64,000 nucleotides of DNA from a virus (Duplodnaviria; Caudoviricetes): positions 64,001 to 128,000 of IMG/VR virus record IMGVR_UViG_3300031760_000001; one strand, written 5' to 3'. Position numbers and translations under genes: made by a program. Below are positions 40,201-49,349 of the stretch, piece after piece. The notes beneath the pieces are model-generated. The model did no database searches. It saw only the letters and a program-made list of their open reading frames with translations, and was not told the DNA's origin. Each line of letters starts with the position of its first letter. Position 1 is the stretch's first letter.

Positions 40201-43200
40201 GGTGGTAATATCGAATTATTATCGTTTATTATTGACACATAGTACGGGTGTTTAGTTTTATCATGTAAATGATAAGGGGCAAAATTATCTAATTTCTCAA
40301 AATACTTTCCTGGACCGTCAACTGTTAAATATATAGTAGATTGGGTATTATTAGTATGACCGATATATGTTGATGTTGTCTTGTTGTATGTGTAGTACAC
40401 ACCATTTTCAGGTATACGCTTCTGTGTTGGTCGGGGTTCACCATGCCAATAATCCTCATATTCAATGTTCTTTCTGTATATAGTTTCGGCTATGTGTTTA
40501 TCATACTTATATTGTCCAACACTCTTACGGTTACTAGTCATTATCGCTTGATATTCCTTATAATCATCTTCATAATAATATTCATTCAAAGGATTAACTG
40601 TAATATCTTGTTCTGCAATATTTCTAGTGTAATTATCACCATTCCTTGTGTAATAAGCTTCACCTTCACTTATTTGGGCACCTGCTTTATATTTGAAATA
40701 TTTTATATAATATAAATCCCCGTTATTTAAATACTCATTGTTTGTAAGTACTCTAAAATTTGTACCACAAGTCAGTGTTGGATTTTTAAAGGTTAATGAA
40801 TATGTTTCCAAATTCTTATCCACCACATAACCATCCATAATATACATATCATTTGATACTGAAGCATATTTTGTGTTATTAATATCACTTGTTTTTTGTA
40901 AATTCAGTGACACAATGCGTTTTGACGATGTGTTGGCTGTAATAGTAAACTTAGAATTTGGTCTGTAATCATAAAGTACATTGGATACACTTGATTCCTC
41001 ATTTCCAACTATCAAATACCTGACAGGTCTGGCTTTAGTCTTTGATGTAATGGTCAACATTGTCTCACTATCGTTTATCCTAAAAACACCAGCCACCTGT
41101 CTTGAAAACTCACCTCTAGCGTCAATGATATCATTTATACTGTCAATGAACTCCCTATATTCAAAGAAGGACATACAAGCCAAATCAACATATTCAATGT
41201 TTGGATTACTCTGTGCCACATATGTTACTTCACCATTCTCGTTTTCTCTGGCAACATGTATAGCACCTACATAATAATTTGCTGTTAATAAAATGGAATC
41301 GTATCTTGTTACGTTTTCCGTTGTTTGTGCAACATTTTCAAAATAATCTTCATCCAAAACTGCTTCAATGATATGATTTTGGTCTGTATAATATACTACA
41401 TTACGTTGTATATCTGTTTGGGATATTGGGTTACCATTAACATCATATAAACTAACATCTGGTGCAATGGTATATGTATACACGTTTTTCTGTACAGTAC
41501 CCTTTTCGTAATCATCAGGATTATAACTAGCAGCATTGAAACAGTATTCGTCAGTCCATGTATAAGGGGTTGTACTTCCAGCACCACCACCGTTGTGCTC
41601 ATATGAGGTGGATAACACATTACATATAGCAATAACCTCACTTTTACTTAAAGTAGTATAACCAATTTTAGTTAAAGGTTTTGTAATACTACCATATGTA
41701 TATTTGCCAATATTCAATATATCATTCCAACCGCTTAATCTGGACTCCTCAAATGATGAGTGGTTACCACCATCATCTTCAAAAACGCCATTTTCTAACT
41801 GATAATCGTTCCAACCACTATTAAAACCACTGATTACATCATAATCAATACCATTAATATACATTTTGAATTCATCCTCATATACAATCACATTAATTGT
41901 TGTGACATTATCTGATTCTCCGCCATCAAGACCGCATAATTGGGTAACAGTTATCCTATATCTTTGGCTGCCATAAGGAACGCCAAAATAAAACGTTGTA
42001 ACATCATCATATGTTATGTGCCCAAGATATCCACAAATATCTGGTGGTGGGGCAGTTGGGTTATTTGGTGTAACAGTTGCAACTCCATCAACAAAGTGAA
42101 CATCCACAGAAGTACCAATATAATTATTACCAAAGAAAACCTCATTAATTGGTTTTAACTCAATTCTAAAGTCACTCTCACTAACATCTGACAATGAAAT
42201 AAATCCATATATTTCCCTATCTAATCTTGGTTCATGTTTATAATAATATTCATTTTCATTTATGACAGTAATGTTACTTATCGCCGTATGCTCTTCATAT
42301 GTTGATGTTATTGAATCTAACGTATAATAGGTTTCACCAGTCTTTATTATATAGCCAACTTCATATGATGAATACAACAAACTATCAGGGTTTCCTTCGA
42401 AATATCCACAATTGGCGATATTTGTATAAGTATAATATATATCATCTGGGTTGTCAAGGTCTTTAAATTTTGCCAACAATTCATTGTTTTTACAATTAAA
42501 TGGATTAACATCACACACAAAACCAATTCTAGGCAATTCAAAAGTAATCTCATCATAATAAACATTATCATAACCGTCAGTCAATTCAATCGTATACCTG
42601 CCACTTGGCATTATATCCACAATCTGCGTTGAATTGTCAGAATTATCATTTGCTTTTTTTATAAGATTATAAATTCTGTATTTCTCATAACCCTCTGGTA
42701 TGACATCACCACCAGAAAATATAAATTTACTTTGACTTATACTTGTCTGATAATAAACATCATTTTTATCCTTATCAGTAAATTTGACTGTATATGGTGC
42801 GTCAACATTCATATTGAAAGCAATAAAACCATCCAACGTATCTCGTGGACACCAACTGTTTCCCTGATATGTCATATCATATGGAACATCGGAAGCTGTC
42901 TTATTAGTACAGTCAGAGAAAAATTCATTGTTAAACTTGTCAATGGCAGTCTTTCCCTCATTCAAACCAAAATAGAAATAAAATGAATTTTCAAATCTAG
43001 GCTGACGGTTCTTACCATCCACACTGATAATACCTCTAGTAGTTGCTACCTTAGCCGAAATATTGTTGTTTTCGTAAAAGTATATCTTCTTGTTGTTTCT
43101 TTTGACATAATCACCATATCTGAAATTCAGATAAGCGTCACTTGATTTCTCCAAATTATAATTTCCTACATAGTTTGCTTTATCCAAAAAATCACTTTTC

Positions 43201-46200
43201 TCAGTCTTACCGTTAACTGTTTTAGCTTTCATTAACAATTCCAATGAACCGTCAAAATTATCAAGGTATATGTGGTTGAAGTCATATTCAATCAAACCAG
43301 TCTCAGGATTCAACTTAGTTCTTAAAAAATTACTATTCAACGTAGCAAACATACTCCTGTAATCTGGATTGTATATTTCATCATATGAAACAAAACCATC
43401 TGGTGTAAGATTGTTGGAATCACTTTCAGTACTTGTTGCATCTAATTCACTTGACGGTAATTCGGTTGTCTCATCCAACGAAACACCTAATTCACATATT
43501 CTAGGTAGATTTATTGTTGATTTTGGTTTGGTATACGAATCAAAACAAGTTATTCCATAAAACAACCCACCGTTATCATATTGATTTTCATTAACACCTT
43601 CACCACCCGTATTAGGGTCATTGCTCTGGTCTACACCAAGATTACCCCAGTCAGCGCCAGTGTATTCAGTTATTCTACTACCCAAATCTATTTCAGAATC
43701 ATCATCTTCATCAAGTGATGTTGCATTATTTTCATTTGTATAATCATAGGATTCAGATAACAAATCTGGCGGCATGTTATATGTTGTACTTTCAAGACAT
43801 TTGAAAAATTGTGGTATACCATGCATATCACACTCATTCAAACTACCAAGCAACACCAAATCTGTTGCAAACAATGTAACAAGGTCACTATTACCCGTGG
43901 ATGTGTCATAATCACAAGGTTTATAATAATAAACCTTATCACCTAACATAGTCTCCTTCTCATATATAAGACCCTTATACACTTTAAAATATGACCTGGC
44001 ATATTTATGACATTGATAACCATAGCAATTGTCATTATCGTATTTACTAAATATTATTGATTCACGACCAGTCTCATTATTAGCCGATGATAATAATACA
44101 GTGTTTTCATTATTAACCAATGGGATTATTTTTCCCATTGTTTTACCACCAGGTAAAGAAACCGTTCTTTGAATCATATTGGTGGAATAAAGTTTCAGAT
44201 TACGTTTCCAATTCCTTGTTTGTGCAATTGTATTGTCAGTGGAACACCAATCGTCTTTCTTGATTTCACCGTTTATTCTTTTCTTAATTCTACGATACCA
44301 TAGAGGTAAATAAACAACACCATTAATCCAATCATTATAGAAATTAAACGATGTAACTTCATTGTCTTGTGCTAACTGATTTTCGATACAATTATATAAT
44401 ATATCAACACGGTCATTGCAGGTTTCTATACCCTGTCCTTTCAATTTATTTTTAACATGGTCATTTGTACCTGGTGTTACACTGATTTCAGTACCATCAT
44501 CAGTCTCACACAAACCATTTAATGCAATACCGCACCCAATATTCAAGAACAATCTAAAAAACCAAGCAGAAACACCATCACATACAGTTGTATTGTTCTT
44601 AACATCATTATAAACAGCTCTCATATAATTGTTAGGGGTTGTACCGTCATCATCCCTGATACCCTTACCTTTATATTCAGCCAGTTTTTTTGCAACACCC
44701 TCAAACCAATACTTTCCTAACAACTCAAAGTTCAAAGCTTTACTTGCTTTATAAAACAACACACCAAAAAAATAAAAACCTAACCCTAAAGTTGTTAATA
44801 CTGCATTCAACACTCTGGTAAGTGTAACCAACACTTTCACCAAAGTACATAAAAACATGTACATAAAATTGAACTTAATTCGCAAATTGTTAAACGGCAT
44901 TGGGTTGTTTGCACCAGAATGGTTCACCATCTTAATACCTAAATGTCTCAAATTATTCGGTAATCTACTTTTCTGGAGTCGTGGAATGTAACTTTTCACT
45001 GTGTATACATTGTTCCACATCAAATCCCTGAAGTTCTCATCCTTTGTCTTTGTACCAAATTCATAATCAATTTCTTTTGTTTCAGTGAAATTAGGATAAT
45101 CACTCTCCATCAAATGTGGGTTATTCGGTATAAGGAACCTTGCGCGTTTTCTTGCTGTCACATCACTTGGAGTTTCAGCCATTGACAATCTGAAACGCAC
45201 TCTCGCCCTCGTCGGAATACCTGTGTTTGGATTATCAGTCATTACCATTTTACCAAATTCATCTGTCATTACATAATCAAGATTCATTGGAATCTGGTAA
45301 CACCAAACGCCATCACTGTTGATGTTATTGTCACCCTGGACTGAAAACTGTTCAACCTGACCATTAGGAGTTTTCCTAATCATTTCAATTTTACCCTCAC
45401 CAGTAATCATGTCACTCATATTACCCTGTTTCTTACCACCCACACATTTCTGGCTCATTGCATTTTCACCAGCATCGGTAATGACGCTACCCATGAATAT
45501 ACAAGTAGGTTCAAATTTGTAATTGATATTCATATCACATCTTGTGATAGCAGCGTTTGTCTGAGTGTCTGTTGTATCACCCCAGAACGGATAAACATAA
45601 ATGGATTGGTCTTGTGTTATGACCTGTGCAAGTGAATCTATGTTTGTGTCAACCTTGAATTTAGTTGTGTTTTCAAACATATTGGCATTGTAGCCCTTAT
45701 ATATAAGGTCTCGTGGTTTCTGTGACAGGATACCTATATCAGACAAGTCAACGTCCATATGTACAGTCTGTGTGCCAACAGGAACACCATAAATCATATA
45801 GTCACCAGATTCGTTTGTCCTAGTGGTGAACTGGTAATATTTGTCAAACACATCAATCCAGTTATTGTTATCCAACAACACCCTTTTACTAGGAAAAGTA
45901 CCAATATTTTGGTGACATTCATCATCAAGTTCATTAGGAAGTAAGTTATATCTGACACCGTTATTGTCAGTATCCCTGGTTGAAGTAAAACTATACAGAA
46001 TTTGTTTGTCAATATCCTCAGTTGTTTCATACGGAATAAAAACGGACACCTTTACATTAGGTACACCAAAACCACCGTTAGCTAGTACACGGCCAGCTAT
46101 GATACCAGTGTTCGACCCCATAAGTCTGTAGGTGTTTTTCTGGTCAATTGACAATGACAATATATCAAGTGTGTCAATAGTATTATCAACTGTGAAATTG

Positions 46201-46259
46201 ACAACACTGTCATTGTTTACATTTGTTCTGATTCTGTAAGATTTATTCTCTTTTCCCAT
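37257..46259 (-). CDS. Giant (3000 aa) tail/baseplate-associated protein
   Basis: Uninterrupted ORF; N-terminal GRVLANGGFGVPNVKVSVF/TNESGDYMIYGVP beta-sandwich-like region; hydrophobic segment; Tyr-rich modules. Confidence 0.7.
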   Translation of the reverse strand: MGKENKSYRIRTNVNNDSVVNFTVDNTIDTLDILSLSIDQKNTYRLMGSNTGIIAGRVLANGGFGVPNVKVSVFIPYETTEDIDKQILYSFTSTRDTDNNGVRYNLLPNELDDECHQNIGTFPSKRVLLDNNNWIDVFDKYYQFTTRTNESGDYMIYGVPVGTQTVHMDVDLSDIGILSQKPRDLIYKGYNANMFENTTKFKVDTNIDSLAQVITQDQSIYVYPFWGDTTDTQTNAAITRCDMNINYKFEPTCIFMGSVITDAGENAMSQKCVGGKKQGNMSDMITGEGKIEMIRKTPNGQVEQFSVQGDNNINSDGVWCYQIPMNLDYVMTDEFGKMVMTDNPNTGIPTRARVRFRLSMAETPSDVTARKRARFLIPNNPHLMESDYPNFTETKEIDYEFGTKTKDENFRDLMWNNVYTVKSYIPRLQKSRLPNNLRHLGIKMVNHSGANNPMPFNNLRIKFNFMYMFLCTLVKVLVTLTRVLNAVLTTLGLGFYFFGVLFYKASKALNFELLGKYWFEGVAKKLAEYKGKGIRDDDGTTPNNYMRAVYNDVKNNTTVCDGVSAWFFRLFLNIGCGIALNGLCETDDGTEISVTPGTNDHVKNKLKGQGIETCNDRVDILYNCIENQLAQDNEVTSFNFYNDWINGVVYLPLWYRRIKKRINGEIKKDDWCSTDNTIAQTRNWKRNLKLYSTNMIQRTVSLPGGKTMGKIIPLVNNENTVLLSSANNETGRESIIFSKYDNDNCYGYQCHKYARSYFKVYKGLIYEKETMLGDKVYYYKPCDYDTSTGNSDLVTLFATDLVLLGSLNECDMHGIPQFFKCLESTTYNMPPDLLSESYDYTNENNATSLDEDDDSEIDLGSRITEYTGADWGNLGVDQSNDPNTGGEGVNENQYDNGGLFYGITCFDSYTKPKSTINLPRICELGVSLDETTELPSSELDATSTESDSNNLTPDGFVSYDEIYNPDYRSMFATLNSNFLRTKLNPETGLIEYDFNHIYLDNFDGSLELLMKAKTVNGKTEKSDFLDKANYVGNYNLEKSSDAYLNFRYGDYVKRNNKKIYFYENNNISAKVATTRGIISVDGKNRQPRFENSFYFYFGLNEGKTAIDKFNNEFFSDCTNKTASDVPYDMTYQGNSWCPRDTLDGFIAFNMNVDAPYTVKFTDKDKNDVYYQTSISQSKFIFSGGDVIPEGYEKYRIYNLIKKANDNSDNSTQIVDIMPSGRYTIELTDGYDNVYYDEITFELPRIGFVCDVNPFNCKNNELLAKFKDLDNPDDIYYTYTNIANCGYFEGNPDSLLYSSYEVGYIIKTGETYYTLDSITSTYEEHTAISNITVINENEYYYKHEPRLDREIYGFISLSDVSESDFRIELKPINEVFFGNNYIGTSVDVHFVDGVATVTPNNPTAPPPDICGYLGHITYDDVTTFYFGVPYGSQRYRITVTQLCGLDGGESDNVTTINVIVYEDEFKMYINGIDYDVISGFNSGWNDYQLENGVFEDDGGNHSSFEESRLSGWNDILNIGKYTYGSITKPLTKIGYTTLSKSEVIAICNVLSTSYEHNGGGAGSTTPYTWTDEYCFNAASYNPDDYEKGTVQKNVYTYTIAPDVSLYDVNGNPISQTDIQRNVVYYTDQNHIIEAVLDEDYFENVAQTTENVTRYDSILLTANYYVGAIHVARENENGEVTYVAQSNPNIEYVDLACMSFFEYREFIDSINDIIDARGEFSRQVAGVFRINDSETMLTITSKTKARPVRYLIVGNEESSVSNVLYDYRPNSKFTITANTSSKRIVSLNLQKTSDINNTKYASVSNDMYIMDGYVVDKNLETYSLTFKNPTLTCGTNFRVLTNNEYLNNGDLYYIKYFKYKAGAQISEGEAYYTRNGDNYTRNIAEQDITVNPLNEYYYEDDYKEYQAIMTSNRKSVGQYKYDKHIAETIYRKNIEYEDYWHGEPRPTQKRIPENGVYYTYNKTTSTYIGHTNNTQSTIYLTVDGPGKYFEKLDNFAPYHLHDKTKHPYYVSIINDNNSILPPSNTIINFDNTGGDKNLVTTFPVHFYNKPLKSNLYMLLAFINNIPAYPEYALAQTGSVGWLYPVNSYEYYRVQYTDIYQLLPQNTVVYVYIFTPGTAGDDVYYKHTVASGGETVGNILAQYPLPDPQQSVSELYDVNFVECDSVNYNPIIYDGDYVYVNTVNYPNIYTRKIINNLENGQTTAMEYLAYLQQSMVPTPGETDYYNDIYLIGASNSGVIKIPPKLVEITRYYIYDDTVEFSYGDVYYLRTIDNNEVVYQQHIVNDIPETSIVSIRTYKSQRPLIKNVDLYGYGVCYYPFTSQNPCCDDLNGGGWAVRKNPKTNTYVYNNGGTARYYGFFENGNQIRLEERQFSSGDVYYVKGTDDYGNNIYTKQTYNPQLPPTGEIYGGYKYKSVIYHVYYSNVLNLEDITTNWKGVDVFMPGFMCGYLYNGIPRDEEKSNIRAEYGGQEIKLYTNTANGNDDIYSNINVKRMIYTDYPEGINPTYGEYTGVDTDISDDYKYQYSEIPLLDDDLIYTDGYGDEYRYPIAGTLSVLIDNPVLVGRNNTKRLSEVDTKYDDFLKTRTFYTNNDGYTRHQSLYYVFDTDYTEYPLYYYDTGIAESPMNSNLRYDAVNNRYYFTTMPELLLNIDNKVVSGYVSKSKSVSFNITNYIREKYNLTDDGEIPLNILYPNDKFFVIAKCDDYYTISPVVETQWFRVVYNYNGFDNRDEIKNAIYITARNSRDYTSEETLKNGIHYIEDFYYMLYYRFTVRVSTYDVEKNDYNSDLYTQVCSVPENTAEHCYIKVTDKDKPNNYEYHLYDVGYHIPRNTPFYYIQDGEYKEVILPDREYIISQYHQIFYYKIRNLYETYKIGEQIPVGGKYYLFETNPTPNPQAPCTYVEHTNNTTQPIEVETPDTYYHEVPDYVYWASAIKISLSSLGTDAMSDDGWILPWLHVLIEDKSGVIRKCNAQTASGREGEGVEIEEFEDIESMMDDYNDPNNNN

Positions 46260-46488
46260 GTTTCTTAAATAGTTTTCCTAAATTTATACTTCGTCCTGTG
46301 ACTGCTGCAAAAACTGCGTACCCAATTAACACAGGTGCTGCTATAATAAGTATAACAAATAATAAAATTACAATAAAAATTTTACTTATAAACATAGCTG
46401 CCCTTTCCGCTCCATGAGCTTCCTTAATGGTTTCATCATCCGTATATTTCTTGGCTTTCTTAGCCGTGTCTTTACAATTACATCCCAT
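46243..46488 (-). CDS. Small membrane protein
   Basis: 81 aa, MGCNC start, long hydrophobic stretch; overlaps the start of the giant gene. Confidence 0.65.
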   Translation of the reverse strand: MGCNCKDTAKKAKKYTDDETIKEAHGAERAAMFISKIFIVILLFVILIIAAPVLIGYAVFAAVTGRSINLGKLFKKHGKRE

Positions 46489-46518
46489 AATATATAATAT
46501 AACCTTTTTTTATAAAAA

Positions 46519-46542
46519 AAGCGAACTGTTTAAAGTCCGCTT
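46519..46542 (-). terminator. Intrinsic terminator
   Basis: aagcgaact...agtccgctt with T-run on the minus strand. Confidence 0.55.
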
Positions 46543-46571
46543 ATTATATGTTTTCCATTTCATTGGACAAA

Positions 46572-46735
46572 TTATCTTTGTTTGATTTCATGTAATAGAA
46601 TATCTTCATCTATTATAATATCTTCATTATATTTTAAATTAGAAAAATATATTATTCTAATTTTGAATAGTCATATTTATCCCCATGTACTTCTTTTACA
46701 CGTTTAATAAATTCTTCAGTAGATAATTTATTCAT
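46572..46735 (-). pseudogene. Internally deleted homing-endonuclease-like remnant
   Basis: MNKLSTEEFIKRVKEVHGDKYDYSKLE* (DUF723-like repeat) joined out of frame to RIIYFSNLKYNEDIIIDEDILLHEIKQR*. Confidence 0.65.
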
Positions 46736-46788
46736 AATAAAAATTTATTTTATTATAAAAAGTTTAATGTTTGAAATAATGTATCTAA

Positions 46789-48852
46789 CTAACGTTGTTT
46801 TATAAAAATTTTTATATCCCTATTTGGATATTTGATTTCAAACATAGTGTCAATTGCACTGTAAAGCACCTTGTCACTTGCGTTAAGGTCTATTTCATTG
46901 TCATCCATTTCACCACCAAGTGAATCATAACGACTGGCGCTAGCGCAAGATGAATAATCAACCATTGTCTGATTAATCTCATCATTGGAATATCCGTTAG
47001 CCTCGCCAACCTTATTGTAACATCTCAAAGCAATAAGATTCACAACACCATCCTCTTTAGAAATCTCTTTTTCCAAATCACCAAGGAATATATCCTCACC
47101 CATTATATGTTTTCTTATATCCATATAATCTTGAATTAAAGCAATAACCCTGTTTATCACTTCACTGCTGTCATATGCTTTGTCAACGTATATATAACAG
47201 TCAAAAGCCAAGTTTATAACCTTTCCTGAATGAATTTCAACAAAATCATTCACCATCTTATATTCTTTAAGATACTCCCTGATATTGTCACCAACAACCT
47301 CAGACAACATTGTCATTAATTTACCTTGATAATCAAGCCCTAGTGTATATACAACAACCTTATTATTCTCTTCAACAACACTGTATCTGAAAGGACATCC
47401 ATATTTAGGATGTATTTGTGAAATCCTAGCGTAATAGTCTTTCAGAGTAACACACCTATTCTGTGCTGATGCATTATACTTAATCAAATAACGTATTTCC
47501 TCATTTGATGGAGCATCCTTACCACCATAAGATGGAGTTGGGTTATTTACAGTCAACGTATTACGGACACTCATTTTCTTTTTGTTGTCATTGGGGTCAT
47601 TACAATTACCATCAAGTGTCATTCTCAATGAAGTAATTGCTGTAATTGTATTTGCACCCACATTTGAAATAACACCACCACCTACTCTATACAAAACATA
47701 CATCGTTGTTCCACTTTCAGGTAAAACACCCATATAATCGTTAGCCTCCATACGGCTCATCATATATCTAGTGAATTCATTAGCATCTGTAGGTATTGTA
47801 CCATAACCGTTTCGAATACCAGGTCCAAATGTGATTTTCAGTTTGTTTGAATCAGTAAATTCAGTTATAAATTTGTTTTTAAGTCTTTTCCATTGACCTT
47901 TCATTGCCATTCTAACAACTTCCTCAACTGGTTCACCATTATCATCAACTATAACAGCACCATCTTCATCAACTAAATCAAATTTCTCAGCAACTTCCCA
48001 TACGGGGTTATAATAACCATTATCAGTATTTTCATCAACAACATATCCAAACCTGTATTGGTCAATCAAATTATCAACCTCGAAATAACGCTGAACTGGA
48101 AGTCCCCTCTTGTCAATATATGATTCCTTGTCAACATAAAATTCAGGAAATGATGGGTCACCTGACAAATTGGTTCCTTGTTTCAATATAATACTTTCAA
48201 TATTACAAATATTATTGTCAACTATTGTGACACTCATGAATGGTTCAATATCATTATTTGTAATAATTTTCTTATATATTCTGGTTTGTCCAGCACGGGC
48301 AATAGTCAGTTTCTTATACACATAATTGACAATATTACCATTACCATCCCTGTTTGGATATATCTGTCTGTTTGATAAACCATTAGTATCAAATTGGCTT
48401 TTGAAATCAACATCTTCTATTAATTCAAACGTATTTGCACCGTCTGAAACCAAAGTACCACGTCTGACAATTGGACAATAACTTTCATCAGCTATAGCCA
48501 AGTTATTACCAGAATTACTTACAGCACTTGTGTTCATTGGTATTTGACATGACAATTCAATTTCAACAATTGCACATTTAGGACCGCTGATTTTAAGTCC
48601 ATTTGTCCTAGCTATATTCAATAAGGCATCTTTTGTGTTGGCACTGTCAACATTGGTTTCCTGATAAGTCCTGTCAATATTGTATGATAAAGTGTCAGCA
48701 ATATCAGCCTGTACATCGATAAGCCAGTTACCGATTGAAGCGTCATTATAATTAGCGAAAATATCTGGATAATATTTCTGTGTTATGTCCAGTATACTGT
48801 TCTTATAGTCATCATAAGTCCTGTTCAAATAGGAAATTCTTGATTCTGCCAT
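46789..48852 (-). CDS. Baseplate wedge protein (gp6/baseplate J-like)
   Basis: SYLNRTYDDY, LSYNIDR..QE, YRVGGG, GGKDAPS.EEIR, QNRCVTLKDY. Confidence 0.85.
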   Translation of the reverse strand: MAESRISYLNRTYDDYKNSILDITQKYYPDIFANYNDASIGNWLIDVQADIADTLSYNIDRTYQETNVDSANTKDALLNIARTNGLKISGPKCAIVEIELSCQIPMNTSAVSNSGNNLAIADESYCPIVRRGTLVSDGANTFELIEDVDFKSQFDTNGLSNRQIYPNRDGNGNIVNYVYKKLTIARAGQTRIYKKIITNNDIEPFMSVTIVDNNICNIESIILKQGTNLSGDPSFPEFYVDKESYIDKRGLPVQRYFEVDNLIDQYRFGYVVDENTDNGYYNPVWEVAEKFDLVDEDGAVIVDDNGEPVEEVVRMAMKGQWKRLKNKFITEFTDSNKLKITFGPGIRNGYGTIPTDANEFTRYMMSRMEANDYMGVLPESGTTMYVLYRVGGGVISNVGANTITAITSLRMTLDGNCNDPNDNKKKMSVRNTLTVNNPTPSYGGKDAPSNEEIRYLIKYNASAQNRCVTLKDYYARISQIHPKYGCPFRYSVVEENNKVVVYTLGLDYQGKLMTMLSEVVGDNIREYLKEYKMVNDFVEIHSGKVINLAFDCYIYVDKAYDSSEVINRVIALIQDYMDIRKHIMGEDIFLGDLEKEISKEDGVVNLIALRCYNKVGEANGYSNDEINQTMVDYSSCASASRYDSLGGEMDDNEIDLNASDKVLYSAIDTMFEIKYPNRDIKIFIKQR

Positions 48853-48854
48853 AA

Positions 48855-49244
48855 TTATATAATTTGTGTTAATTCATAATAATGTGTTATTCCGTCTTTT
48901 TCTTTGACTGAATACCTGATTTTGACTTCAAGTCCTTCACCCTCTTCACCTGTGGGCTGCGTCTCAACTGTATCAATTTCACAATTCGGAATGAATTTTT
49001 TTACTTTGTCCTTGATTTCAAACGTAACATCATCCCACGTAAGTTCATCATTCATATTAAAGAGATATTTGATTAAATTGGTACCGAACAAGGGGTCTCT
49101 CAATTTCTGTCCCTCTGGGGTGAATATAAGATGAATAAGCTGGGATTTGACATCTTCAGCCATTGTTGTGTTCAAATCCAACAAAGTTTTCTGTGATTCT
49201 ATTTTAATTGGAAACTTAATTCCATATTTCTGTGTTCTAGCCAT
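48855..49244 (-). CDS. gp25-like baseplate protein
   Basis: GIKFP...LIFTPEGQKLRDPLFGTNL. Confidence 0.85.
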   Translation of the reverse strand: MARTQKYGIKFPIKIESQKTLLDLNTTMAEDVKSQLIHLIFTPEGQKLRDPLFGTNLIKYLFNMNDELTWDDVTFEIKDKVKKFIPNCEIDTVETQPTGEEGEGLEVKIRYSVKEKDGITHYYELTQII

Positions 49245-49299
49245 AATTTACTGTCTATACACTATAAATATAATAAATTATTTTTTTATATACAAAAAA

Positions 49300-49321
49300 A
49301 AGAGCCACCGAAGTGACTCTT
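49300..49321 (-). terminator. Intrinsic terminator with cUUCGg tetraloop
   Basis: AAGAGTCAC-TTCG-GTGGCTCTT plus T-run. Confidence 0.85.
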
Positions 49322-49349
49322 ATAAAATTACAAAAAATTAACAATATAA

